A stretch of DNA of 64,000 nucleotides from a virus, in the IMG/VR virus record IMGVR_UViG_3300032731_001452, positions 5,218 through 69,217 of that record; one strand, given 5' to 3'. This document shows positions 39,735-48,533 of this stretch, piece by piece. Position 1 is the stretch's first letter, and each line of letters opens with the position of its first letter. A program made the position numbers and the translations under genes. The notes beneath the pieces are model-generated. The model worked only from the letters and a program-made list of their open reading frames with translations. It was not told the DNA's origin and ran no database searches.

Positions 39735-42677
39735 TCAACTTCGACAAATATCGCACGTTCCGCACGTCCAGTCCGCCGGTTTGGATACATCACCGAAGTA
39801 GTCGAGAATCTGCTTTCGACGACACTTCGGTGTTTCGCAGAAGTCGATGATTTGCTGGACAAGCAGCTTAGCCATCCGACGTCGCTTGTCGATCTCAACC
39901 CAATCCATGGCGTCGTCGATGTCTTTCACTTCGATGAGCTTCACGCCACCGCTACGTTGCGGTGGCTTATACTCGATCGCCACGTTATTGAGGCTCCGCA
40001 AAGCCGCGGAGACGTGCTTCTTCTCCATCTCGAGCGCCTTCGCCATGTCAATGGTAGACACCTCAAACCACACGTGCTTTACGACACGCATTTCTTGCAG
40101 GTACTCAAGTACTTCCGCGGCTCGACCGCGGAACTTCTTCTTGGGTTCGATATGCGCCACTTCGCCGATATCGTTGGCGCGGAACTTGCGAACCACACCA
40201 GCCTTGAGCATGAAGTTCCAAACAGCGCCGATGTGGGCGTCTTGAATCCATTCGCCGATTTCAGCGGCAAAAGCACCCTGCGAAACGAACAGCTCGCCGC
40301 TAGGAATGTTACTGAGCCGTCGAATCGTATGTTCGTAGACAGCTCGGATAACGCCGTCAGGCGGCCACGACATTGCTACGAAGAAATCCTGAAGCGAACG
40401 GTCACCCGGTCGATACAGCAACGCTACGCGAGAAGGCTCGCCGTCACGACCGGCACGACCAATCTCTTGGTAGTAAGCCTCAACGGAACCCGGCATTTGC
40501 ATATGCGCGATACCGCGGATATTGGATTTATCGACGCCCATCCCAAACGCGTTCGTGGCCACGATGAGCTGCGCTTCATCATTCATGAAAGCGTCTTGTA
40601 CCGCCGTGCGTTTCTGCGCGGTCATTCCGCCGTGGTACGGTTTTGCCTTGAAGCCTGAACTACACAAAACGTCGGCGGTTTCTTCAACTTGCGAACGAGT
40701 TCCGCAGTACACAATCATCGAACCTTCGACGTTGTCGACGAACTCAAAGAGGGCGTCCAACTTCTGCGGTCCGTAAGTTTTGATTATGTCGATCTCGAGG
40801 TTGGGCCGATCGAATCCATGAACGAGTACGTTGGCGTTCTTCATCTCGAGCTGTTCCGCGATATCTTCACGAACCACCGCGGTCGCTGTTGCGGTAACGG
40901 CGAGACAAGTGGGGTTACCAAGCTGCTTTCGAACGTTAGCTAACTGCAAATACTTCGGCCTGAAGTCGTGACCCCACTTACTGATACAATGAGATTCGTC
41001 GATAGCTAACAGCGACACCTCAACGTCCAACTTACGCATGAACGTAGCCGTCAAACCTTCAGGTGCAATGAACAACGTCTTGATTCTACCCTCGTTTACG
41101 TTGACGATGGTAGCTTCTCGCGTGGCGTCGTTCATGGTGCTGTTGTAAGCTGACGCTGGAATGTTCAACTTCAACAAACCATCAACTTGGTCTTTCATGA
41201 GGCTGATGAGTGGGCTGATAACGATCGTGAGACCTGGAAGCATGAGTGAGGGGATCTGGTACGTCAGAGAGTTATGTAAAACAAACTCATCAGCAACAAA
41301 ACTAGCCTTAAATCCATTGTTTTGACTTTCGATAACAACGTCAAAAGTTTCTTTTTCTTCTACTGGTCCAAGATATTTTATCTCATCCCAGAAAATATCA
41401 TTCTTGGATAATAAATGACATTCGAAACCTTCAATGCGACCACTTCTTTTAGCAAACATCTCGCGACTCATTCGGCGAGAATTTTTAAGATAGAAGGAAC
41501 TGTCGAATACGTACGTCTTACTAAGCTTAACGAGACGCCTATCTCTATCCAACAAGTCCCAGTAGGAATAAGGAACGACATCGACGTTGGTGTTGGACTC
41601 GCTACTCTCCAACTTTCCCCACAACGCTCGGAAAGAATGAAATTTCTTACCAACTAACCACGGTTGGATAAGTTCGTTAAAGATTGCCAGGTCACCATGA
41701 CCCGAAATAGACAAGATCCAACTATCTCTAACGCCGCCTTGATACTTAGCGAGTTTGTATCGAAAACGAGACAAAATTCCGCATCGTAAAAACAAGTGTT
41801 GTAGTTGTTTGATTAACGCCTTAGAAGCCGATGTATATGCTACCGAATGCTCCTCAATCCACCCACCACCTGAAATTACTCTACCTAAAAATCTACAAAC
41901 CTGATCGGTAGACGTAAGAAACAATTGGCTAGGAACCACCCTGCTTGGCGAATGAACGCCTAATAATCCGTACTTTTTCAACAACAAATTCAAAGGGTTG
42001 CTACTAGCTCCAGCTTTTCCGTCTCGTCTACCCGGACGGGTGGTTGCGGATAGCTGCATTGAGCGTCCATTATACCATGGCGTACACCCTAAACTCGTAG
42101 TTAGGCAGCTACACAAATCCAGCAAGTCTTGATCTGCTTTGGTGTAATTAGGCGTTTGGCTGTAACGACTAGAACCATCGCATAGCATCAATGCGATTAT
42201 GTCTAATTCAACTTCTGGAATGAGTTGCGAACCATTCAGGTCAAACGAACGAGGCGTGGCTATAAGCTGACCCTCAACCAAATCTCGAACGGTTTGTTCG
42301 CCTCGGCCTGTAAATACTCGATGCTCCAAGGAAAGCCAAGTTTTCCTCCCGGAGCGTAGCCTAATCCACTTACCTTTCTTAACGCCACTAAGGATTACCT
42401 CCAAGGGCTTCACAATTCTTTGATATCCGCATTGATCGTGCGACACAACTTCAAACGGAATCCCAGCTTCCCATCGCCTATACAACTCTCTGCCTGACAC
42501 CACTTCGCCAGTGGATAACGGAACCTGAGCGTCGAGATGAACGCACTTTCCCGCGCCGGTTGGCGTTACAAATAACGTATCTCTACCAGAAAGAATCGAC
42601 TCAATCGTTTCAAGCTGACCGTCACGGAATGACGAGAAACCAAACCACTTCTCTAGAACTTCGATAGGATCGTTCAT
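39735..42677 (-). CDS. recQ: RecQ-family DNA helicase with intein
   Basis: FGFSSFRDGQ, PTGAGK|S, SPLISLMKDQV, IDESHCISKWGHDFRP, ATNAFGMGVDK, YYQEIGRAGRDG and the RQC Zn site CRR...CGTCDIC. Confidence 0.95.
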   Translation of the reverse strand: MNDPIEVLEKWFGFSSFRDGQLETIESILSGRDTLFVTPTGAGKCVHLDAQVPLSTGEVVSGRELYRRWEAGIPFEVVSHDQCGYQRIVKPLEVILSGVKKGKWIRLRSGRKTWLSLEHRVFTGRGEQTVRDLVEGQLIATPRSFDLNGSQLIPEVELDIIALMLCDGSSRYSQTPNYTKADQDLLDLCSCLTTSLGCTPWYNGRSMQLSATTRPGRRDGKAGASSNPLNLLLKKYGLLGVHSPSRVVPSQLFLTSTDQVCRFLGRVISGGGWIEEHSVAYTSASKALIKQLQHLFLRCGILSRFRYKLAKYQGGVRDSWILSISGHGDLAIFNELIQPWLVGKKFHSFRALWGKLESSESNTNVDVVPYSYWDLLDRDRRLVKLSKTYVFDSSFYLKNSRRMSREMFAKRSGRIEGFECHLLSKNDIFWDEIKYLGPVEEKETFDVVIESQNNGFKASFVADEFVLHNSLTYQIPSLMLPGLTIVISPLISLMKDQVDGLLKLNIPASAYNSTMNDATREATIVNVNEGRIKTLFIAPEGLTATFMRKLDVEVSLLAIDESHCISKWGHDFRPKYLQLANVRKQLGNPTCLAVTATATAVVREDIAEQLEMKNANVLVHGFDRPNLEIDIIKTYGPQKLDALFEFVDNVEGSMIVYCGTRSQVEETADVLCSSGFKAKPYHGGMTAQKRTAVQDAFMNDEAQLIVATNAFGMGVDKSNIRGIAHMQMPGSVEAYYQEIGRAGRDGEPSRVALLYRPGDRSLQDFFVAMSWPPDGVIRAVYEHTIRRLSNIPSGELFVSQGAFAAEIGEWIQDAHIGAVWNFMLKAGVVRKFRANDIGEVAHIEPKKKFRGRAAEVLEYLQEMRVVKHVWFEVSTIDMAKALEMEKKHVSAALRSLNNVAIEYKPPQRSGGVKLIEVKDIDDAMDWVEIDKRRRMAKLLVQQIIDFCETPKCRRKQILDYFGDVSKPADWTCGTCDICRS
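41271..42545 (-). mobile_element. LAGLIDADG intein in the RecQ Walker A motif (425 aa)
   Basis: Begins CVHLDA, ends FVLHN before Ser; motifs IALMLCDG and FLGRVISGGG, the second lacking the acidic residue. Confidence 0.95.
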
Positions 42678-42768
42678 GAACACCGCCTTCGAGGTGAATG
42701 ATAGCGGTTGAACGCGGAAGCAACCGTCAACTTGACAGATCTTACGGAGTGCCTATCGTTAAAAGACA

Positions 42769-42841
42769 GGGCGTGTAGTTCAGTGGAGAACGGTGGGAGT
42801 TCAGGCCCGCGTCGGTGTGGGTTCGACTCCCGCCACGCTCA
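42769..42841 (+). tRNA. tRNA-like RNA with aberrant 8-nt anticodon loop (AGTTCAGG; possible UCA anticodon)
   Basis: Acceptor GGGCGTG/CACGCTC, D-arm GTTC/GAAC, T-arm GTGGG-TTCGACT-CCCGC; no encoded CCA; TTGACA...TATCGT promoter upstream. Confidence 0.75.
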
Positions 42842-42856
42842 TAAGAAAGGAAATGA

Positions 42857-43081
42857 ATGCAGCTCACTTTCCGAATCGAGTGCCCCGAATGCAATTGGGG
42901 ACACAAGTTTCGTGACGCCTACGTCAACGAAGGTTGGTTGAAGGGAAAGTGCCATCATTGCGGAAATATTTTCTTCTGGAAAATTAAGGTTACAGGTGTT
43001 CAGATAGAAGTTGATCAAAACCTTCCAGAAGGCAAGCCGTGCAAAACACTGCTGGAAGCTCAAGAAGAGGAATTACCGTGA
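42857..43081 (+). CDS. Small Zn-ribbon protein
   Basis: CPEC...CHHC; AAGGA RBS. Confidence 0.65.
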   Translation: MQLTFRIECPECNWGHKFRDAYVNEGWLKGKCHHCGNIFFWKIKVTGVQIEVDQNLPEGKPCKTLLEAQEEELP

Positions 43082-43173
43082 TCGGTTTTACGTGAAGATG
43101 ATAACGGCGCCAGGGCTCCTCCTGTGTTGGCGAAACACCACTCGTTTCAACAACAAACCAACAGGAGAAACCC

Positions 43174-43503
43174 ATGAAGAACGAACGAATCCGTCACCTC
43201 AAGATCAAGATCGTCAACCTAGCTGATGAAGCCCGCACCATCCGTGCCGAAGAAGCGAAAACCGCCGGCATGGAGAAGTGGCGCCTACAAGACCACCGAA
43301 AAACCGTCGTCCGCGATGCCGCTAGGTGCAACCTACTAGCTTACGCATTCCTGCGAGGAATTCCATATGACTGCGTGGAGTCTCCGAACACCACTAAAGA
43401 CGTCGACCTGTATCGCGTCAAGAAGATCGTCAAGACGTTCGGTGGTGACCAGGACGCTGTATTGGATTGGTTCGCCGACAGCGAGTTGAAAGAAGTGGCC
43501 TAG
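43174..43503 (+). CDS. Conserved phage hypothetical protein
   Basis: LKIKIVNLADEARTIR...HRKTVVR.AAR..LLAYAFLRG.PY motif; AGGAG RBS. Confidence 0.75.
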   Translation: MKNERIRHLKIKIVNLADEARTIRAEEAKTAGMEKWRLQDHRKTVVRDAARCNLLAYAFLRGIPYDCVESPNTTKDVDLYRVKKIVKTFGGDQDAVLDWFADSELKEVA

Positions 43504-43543
43504 ACGTACTCGAGGTCTGGATCGACGGGCGGCCCGTAGTGGT

Positions 43544-43807
43544 CTATGAGTCGTCCGTCGGCTTTTTCGTTGGAACTCGTTGTGACGACGAGATGTCACG
43601 GACGGGAAAATCTATCGAAAGATCGTAGATCTCTAAGACACGTCGTCCATCTGTGACGCGTTGCTTATGCCAAAGGTTGTCGTTTGGCATCACGTACGAA
43701 GGCGAAATTCTTTGGTTCGGCGACCAGTACGCAATAATCATGTGGGTGGCGCCTCTTTCAACGCCGCGTTCAAACCACGCCTTAAATTTCGGTAGTAATG
43801 ATTCCAC
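43544..43807 (-). CDS. Hypothetical protein
   Basis: WFERGVERGATHMII motif of small phage proteins. Confidence 0.6.
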   Translation of the reverse strand: MESLLPKFKAWFERGVERGATHMIIAYWSPNQRISPSYVMPNDNLWHKQRVTDGRRVLEIYDLSIDFPVRDISSSQRVPTKKPTDDS

Positions 43808-43828
43808 TTGTTGTATCTCGTTTCCGGC

Positions 43829-44452
43829 TTACCACTCGAACCGATTGATCTCTCGCATCCACTGAACTTCTTTCGGCTTCGGTAGATACACGCCATTCAT
43901 CGAGTGATGCATCAACCGGTATAGTTGCGGAACGTGCCCCATCAAGAAGAAGTGTCCTAACTCGTGCGAGAGCGCACACTTCGTATCGAACTTCCCAAGA
44001 TCGTCGGCGACGTAAACCTCGCCAACCCGTCTAATCAAAAACTGATCCCAGTACAAAACGCAGTCACCGTACTCATCCTGCGGCTCGCTATACGGCTTGG
44101 AGTTATGAGGCAGTAGCGCGCCTACGGGAGCCGACTCGAACCGCGGCTGTCCGAACTCAAAATGTTTCGTGCCGATTGCTAGATCGACCAACTCGCCTTC
44201 TACGCCCGGAACGAGCACTTGTTTACCAAACAGATGGTTCCAATCCGTAAGAACGTCCCATATCCACAGCTGAATGGTGGGGTCAACGTCATGCCAGATC
44301 TTGAACGTAAACGCTTGTTTGTCAGGCGGCGCCAGAATCGCCGGCCTAGCTTTCATCGCTCGATTCCGAAGAATCGGCCGCGCCTTCAATCGTTCCGTCG
44401 CTTCGGGTGTAAGGGGAATGCGTAGTCGAACGTCAGCTGCGGTCATAGCCAT
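43829..44452 (-). CDS. Metzincin (matrixin-like) metalloprotease
   Basis: HELGHFFLMGH (HExxHxxxxxH) followed by a Met-turn (RLMHH). Confidence 0.75.
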   Translation of the reverse strand: MAMTAADVRLRIPLTPEATERLKARPILRNRAMKARPAILAPPDKQAFTFKIWHDVDPTIQLWIWDVLTDWNHLFGKQVLVPGVEGELVDLAIGTKHFEFGQPRFESAPVGALLPHNSKPYSEPQDEYGDCVLYWDQFLIRRVGEVYVADDLGKFDTKCALSHELGHFFLMGHVPQLYRLMHHSMNGVYLPKPKEVQWMREINRFEW

Positions 44453-44520
44453 GGAGAAACTCCTCGTGTGAAGAGATGATAGCAGCTGGCGATCAAGAGG
44501 GTCGTCGAGCCGAAAGAAAC

Positions 44521-44943
44521 CTACGGGAACTCAACCAACGATCCGTCACCGAGTGGGGTCCAGTAACAGTAGAACATCACCGTGCCAGCATTTGTCGCGG
44601 AGTCTAGGGTCAAAATAATATCGCTGGCCCTCGAGATAAAAAATTCTTTTTGAATGGTCGCCGGTTCGATTTGGGCGTCCGGTGTGGCATCGTGCCACCA
44701 TTCGCCAAGATCCAGGTCCGTCATGACCGTTGACGGTATGATCGCGGCCGTAGCGCCAGCGATCCCGACCTCCCCGTTGGCTGGAGCGGGAACACCGATG
44801 TTACTCACGACCACGGCTAGTAGTCGAATGTAAACATCCCCAGTTACCGTGAAGATTGTGTGCGGACCGGCTCCTAGCGCACTGAAATCTAACGGGTTAC
44901 GAACAAGAAATTCACCAGGGGTAGGAATGAAGGTCAGGGTCAT
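44521..44943 (-). CDS. Putative virion beta-sandwich protein
   Basis: TIFTVTGDV...GTVMFYCYWTPL; composition like the appendage genes. Confidence 0.55.
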   Translation of the reverse strand: MTLTFIPTPGEFLVRNPLDFSALGAGPHTIFTVTGDVYIRLLAVVVSNIGVPAPANGEVGIAGATAAIIPSTVMTDLDLGEWWHDATPDAQIEPATIQKEFFISRASDIILTLDSATNAGTVMFYCYWTPLGDGSLVEFP

Positions 44944-45021
44944 GACAGCTCCCGATTTGACTTACCTAGACATGAAACAACGGTAGTGTACCACGTGTTA
45001 AACGGTTATTGGTGGTCGAAA

Positions 45022-46257
45022 CTACTCTGGGAGAAGGTGCGCCCAGTGCCACTCCTTGTCGGCGAAAACAGCTTTGGCATACTCAACGATTTCGCTGTAC
45101 TCCATAGCTTGAAGCGTTTCCATGTACTTGGCGCGCGTAACTACCGGATCTTCCGCCCCCATCTCGTAGTAGTACCCTAACACCCCGGCGTACGTCGCTA
45201 CGTTTTCTTGGCTACGCGCTATGCTCGTGAGCATCGTTTCGCGCGAGATTACGAACCGATCTTCCGTAATCAGGTTTTCGAAATCTTCCAAGATGCTTTT
45301 GATTTCAGCTTCCAGTTCTTCCATTTGATCGGGCGCAATACCCGCTTCGATGCACTTCGCGTTGTAGATCGGGTCGTTGAGATGATAGGCGTACAAGCCG
45401 TAACAACTCATCCCCTTTTCCTTGCGAATTCGCTCAAACAGAAGCGCCGAGCTACCGCCGCCCAGCATATTAGTGACGACGTCGTCATGGACCCACTTCG
45501 CGCTATCGAATCGCTCTGCGTCCTGGAACGCCAGGAGACGACCTTCTTGAAGGTTGGGGCGTGACTTCCAACGCGAACCAATCTCAGGGCTTAACGGCGC
45601 CGCTTCCAGTTCCGCCAAAGCCTCCTTGGAATTCTCGAGGGTGGCATCCGGCATCTCTCTGAATAGCTCAGCAAAGAACGAGGGGTCGTCTTCATCCACG
45701 TCGCCAACCGCCAAGATGTACACGTTCGGCTTGCCGTACCAACGCTTACGGAAATCATCTAGAGACGCTCTATCAAATGACTTGATGCTTTCTTCGGTTC
45801 CGATAACCGAATGCATTAACGAACCGAAAACGTCTTCTGCGGTAGTTCCCCAGAAATCACCGCGAACGTTATCTAGCCCGCGACGATATTCCGATAGGAT
45901 TACATCCTTTTCCTTCAACCATTCAGCTTCCGGAATCGAAGCGTTAAGGAACATGTCAGCCAAAATTTTGGCGGCTTCTTGCCAGTTTTCATTGCGCGCG
46001 TCTACCCAGTAAAACGTATGTTGATAATTCGTTCCGGCGTTGTTGGTAGCGCCGAGTCTAGCGGTATCACGGTCGATTTCCATATCGTTCCGCGAAGGTG
46101 TTCCCTTAAACATCATATGCTCGAGCGCGTGCGCTAAGCCGTATTCTTCTAGACGCTCGTGCGCGGAACCTACTTTCACGCGAACTGAAACATTGGTGAA
46201 AGGTGCGTGATGCTTGTGCAACAGAATGGGTAAACCGTCAACGTTGTGAATTTTCAT
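45022..46257 (-). CDS. M16 family zinc peptidase (pitrilysin/insulinase-like)
   Basis: GSAHE...GLAHALEHMMFKGT (HxxEH), NAGT, EKDVILSE and LGGGSSALLFERIRKEKG. Confidence 0.93.
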   Translation of the reverse strand: MKIHNVDGLPILLHKHHAPFTNVSVRVKVGSAHERLEEYGLAHALEHMMFKGTPSRNDMEIDRDTARLGATNNAGTNYQHTFYWVDARNENWQEAAKILADMFLNASIPEAEWLKEKDVILSEYRRGLDNVRGDFWGTTAEDVFGSLMHSVIGTEESIKSFDRASLDDFRKRWYGKPNVYILAVGDVDEDDPSFFAELFREMPDATLENSKEALAELEAAPLSPEIGSRWKSRPNLQEGRLLAFQDAERFDSAKWVHDDVVTNMLGGGSSALLFERIRKEKGMSCYGLYAYHLNDPIYNAKCIEAGIAPDQMEELEAEIKSILEDFENLITEDRFVISRETMLTSIARSQENVATYAGVLGYYYEMGAEDPVVTRAKYMETLQAMEYSEIVEYAKAVFADKEWHWAHLLPE

Positions 46258-46324
46258 GGGTACTCCAGTGGAGGAGATTGTAGCAGGTTGGCGGAGAGAC
46301 GGAAGCTAACCATTGAACCAAAAC

Positions 46325-46410
46325 TGGCGGCTGGTACAAGATTCGAACTTGTGCGGGTGTCCCCGACCTCGGATTAGCAATCCGGCACCTTGCCACTCGG
46401 TCAACCAGCC
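46325..46410 (-). tRNA. tRNA-Ser(GCT)
   Basis: Cloverleaf with long variable arm, loop TT-GCT-AA, encoded GCCA end. Confidence 0.9.
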
Positions 46411-46418
46411 AGAAAATA

Positions 46419-46497
46419 TGGCTCCCCAGGTCCGGTTCGAACGGACGTACTACACGGCTTAACAGGCCGCAGCTAACCCCAACTCAGCTACTGGGGA
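46419..46497 (-). tRNA. tRNA-Asn(GTT)
   Basis: TCCCCAG/CTGGGGA acceptor, loop CT-GTT-AA, CCA. Confidence 0.88.
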
Positions 46498-46951
46498 ACA
46501 AACGAAAAATTTCAATCACGTTGTCATCGATTCTCTTCTGAACGTCTTTTGGAATTGGAACCTTACCTACCCCAAAATATTTACCAGTCAAGAACAAGCC
46601 GCACGTTCTGCTACAAGACGTAAACCTTGAACCTTTTGTTAAATGGGTCTGACGGTATTCGCGCTCAAAAACACAACCGCAATTAGGACATCGAAGCCGC
46701 GCCATTTGCCTTCCTCGCTCACGATTATGCTCGCTGTTGTGCTTCCCCTTCTTCTTCAACTCCAAATTTTCAAAACGATTATCACGCTTGTTTCGGTTCT
46801 CGTGGTGAACCACCTCATCGCTTTTTGGCACCACCCCCGTGCGTCTCCAGTAAACCAAATGATGCTCATAGCAGTATTTTCCACGGTACTTCTTACCTGG
46901 ATATTCTTCTAGAGCGACAACTAACTCGTATTCACCATTTCTCATGGCCAT
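46484..46951 (-). mobile_element. Free-standing HNH homing endonuclease in the tRNA cluster
   Basis: YEHHLV...VVHHENRNKRDNRFENLEL plus C-terminal CPNC/CSRTC; its stop overlaps the 5' end of tRNA-Asn. Confidence 0.88.
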
Positions 46952-46986
46952 ACGTTAACAGAACTCAAAGAAATGCTCTACCTATT

Positions 46987-47065
46987 TGGCAGGGGATACA
47001 GGGCTCGAACCCTCAACACCAGGATCTGGAATCCCGTACTCTATCCAGTTGGAGCTACTGACCCA
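46987..47065 (-). tRNA. Degenerate tRNA-Trp(CCA)
   Basis: Loop TT-CCA-GA and CCA end present, but acceptor TGGGTCA/ATCCCCT pairs only 3/7 and the T-arm is imperfect. Confidence 0.65.
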
Positions 47066-47149
47066 TATGCTATAGTTACGACGGGTAGTAACCTACCAGT
47101 TTCGCCACTGCTTCAACGCCTCGAGCTTCGGTTCGGGGCGTTGTCGATT

Positions 47150-47228
47150 TGGTGCGGGTAGTGAGACTTGAACTCACGGCCTCCTGCTTGGCAAGCAAGC
47201 GCTCTAAAACCAACTGAGCTATACCCGC
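47150..47228 (-). tRNA. tRNA-Gly(GCC)
   Basis: GCGGGTA/TACCCGC acceptor, loop TT-GCC-AA, ACCA end. Confidence 0.92.
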
Positions 47229-47237
47229 GTGTTGTTG

Positions 47238-47324
47238 TGGTACCGAGGGAGGGAGTCGAACCCTCACAGCCTCGCGGCTACTGGATCCTAAATCCAGCGC
47301 GTCTGCCAACTTCGCCACCCCGGT
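47238..47324 (-). tRNA. tRNA-Leu(TAG)
   Basis: Long variable arm, loop TT-TAG-GA, ACCA end. Confidence 0.92.
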
Positions 47325-47617
47325 TCACAACACATGCATCTCTCCACCCCCGGCCGCCGCCAGGTTGGTGGGCGAACGGGGGTAACTGACTACGTACCGA
47401 GTAGCTGGAGCTGTCCTAAGAATTGGCGGGACAAGGTGTGCATGATGAGAACGTAACACGACCTCGACGTTTTTGGAAGCGAAATCAACTTGTCTAAACC
47501 ACCCAACTTGACGACGCGGTCAACTAGGCAAATTTAGTAAAGCTGGCGCCACCAAGTTGCCCTGACGGCGCCGCAACTCCTTCTACACATGGCAGGCGAG
47601 CTGGTAGAAGTATAACA

Positions 47618-47694
47618 TGGTGGGCGGTGCCAGGATCGAACTGGCGACCTTGACCTTGTAGGGGTCCTGTTCTCCCTAACTGAACTAACCGCCC
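47618..47694 (-). tRNA. tRNA-Val(TAC) with C33
   Basis: GGGCGGT/ACCGCCC acceptor, loop CC-TAC-AA, ACCA end. Confidence 0.85.
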
Positions 47695-48041
47695 GCGATT
47701 CTGTACCGTTCGTTCGATTTCCACGGATCTCGTACACCTCGTCCGTTGAGATGTTTCAAAGCCATCTCTTGAGCCTTCTTAGTTTCGTATCCAGGCCAGG
47801 ACGTACGCCACTTATTCCTACCGAACCAGCCACCTTTGTACTCGAGCCGGAACTTCTTAGACCGAGCCCTCTTATGGTGCCACGCTTCTTCGTAGCAACT
47901 TTCGATGGTTACGGATTGACGGACGACACGACGCTTCGTCGAAGATTCCAACCACCACGGGTCGCGGTACCAATGGTGTCCTTGGTTACGATGTTTCCGT
48001 GCGAACGCACGGGTTTCCCCATTTTGCCAGTTGACATGCAT
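47685..48041 (-). CDS. Basic, Trp-rich hypothetical protein
   Basis: AAGGAG RBS; preceded by a 6-codon uORF MCIAST; stop overlaps tRNA-Val. Confidence 0.6.
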   Translation of the reverse strand: MHVNWQNGETRAFARKHRNQGHHWYRDPWWLESSTKRRVVRQSVTIESCYEEAWHHKRARSKKFRLEYKGGWFGRNKWRTSWPGYETKKAQEMALKHLNGRGVRDPWKSNERYRIAGG

Positions 48042-48098
48042 GTGTTAGCTCTCCTTTACGTTGAAGCTATACACATGGTGAATCTCCTTTCTGAAGGA

Positions 48099-48123
48099 AG
48101 GTGGGGCGCATCCTGCGCCCCAC
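48099..48123 (-). terminator. Terminator-like hairpin in a 5' leader
   Basis: GGTGGGGCGCA-GGA-TGCGCCCCACC followed by TTCCTT; extended -10 TGCTATAAT at 48195-48203. Confidence 0.6.
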
Positions 48124-48209
48124 CCGGGTTCGGGAATACCTGGCAGGGTGGTCCCGTACTCACTTGAGACTAACGTCCCGTGATTGGCTTAGGAATTATA
48201 GCAGACCGA

Positions 48210-48533
48210 CTAACTCTTTGTGGCGTCGAGATCGAAAACTGGATTACCGCTGAACTGGACGCCGGTCAAAACGATTCGCATCAAATTCTCATCGTCGTGA
48301 TGGCGCGAAATACCGTAGCCGGTAAACTTCCCGTCGTACGCGAACTTTTGCCGATTCGGAACGACTCGAATCAATCCTTCACCCGGAAGATCATCGGGTA
48401 GTTCATCCATGAGGTTGACGTGCTTCACCAACTCAAGGGTGTCGCCGTTTGTCTTGACAGACTTGAATCCAACGGCCTTGCCGTTGATAGTTACCGCAAA
48501 GTTGTAACCTTTGATGATCATGATAATCTCCAA
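48210..48533 (-). CDS. Hypothetical beta-rich protein, faint tail-tube resemblance
   Basis: YNFAVTINGKAVGFKSV; start uncertain. Confidence 0.5.
   Translation of the reverse strand: MEIIMIIKGYNFAVTINGKAVGFKSVKTNGDTLELVKHVNLMDELPDDLPGEGLIRVVPNRQKFAYDGKFTGYGISRHHDDENLMRIVLTGVQFSGNPVFDLDATKS

Noticed and set aside
47066-47149. Hammerhead-like ribozyme between tRNAs
   Set aside because: GAAAC and hairpins are present but there is no CUGAnGA core.
47655-47663. Amber-suppressor reading (CTA) of the tRNA at 47618-47694
   Set aside because: Stem geometry places TAC at positions 34-36 and the body is Val-like; CTA falls at 33-35.
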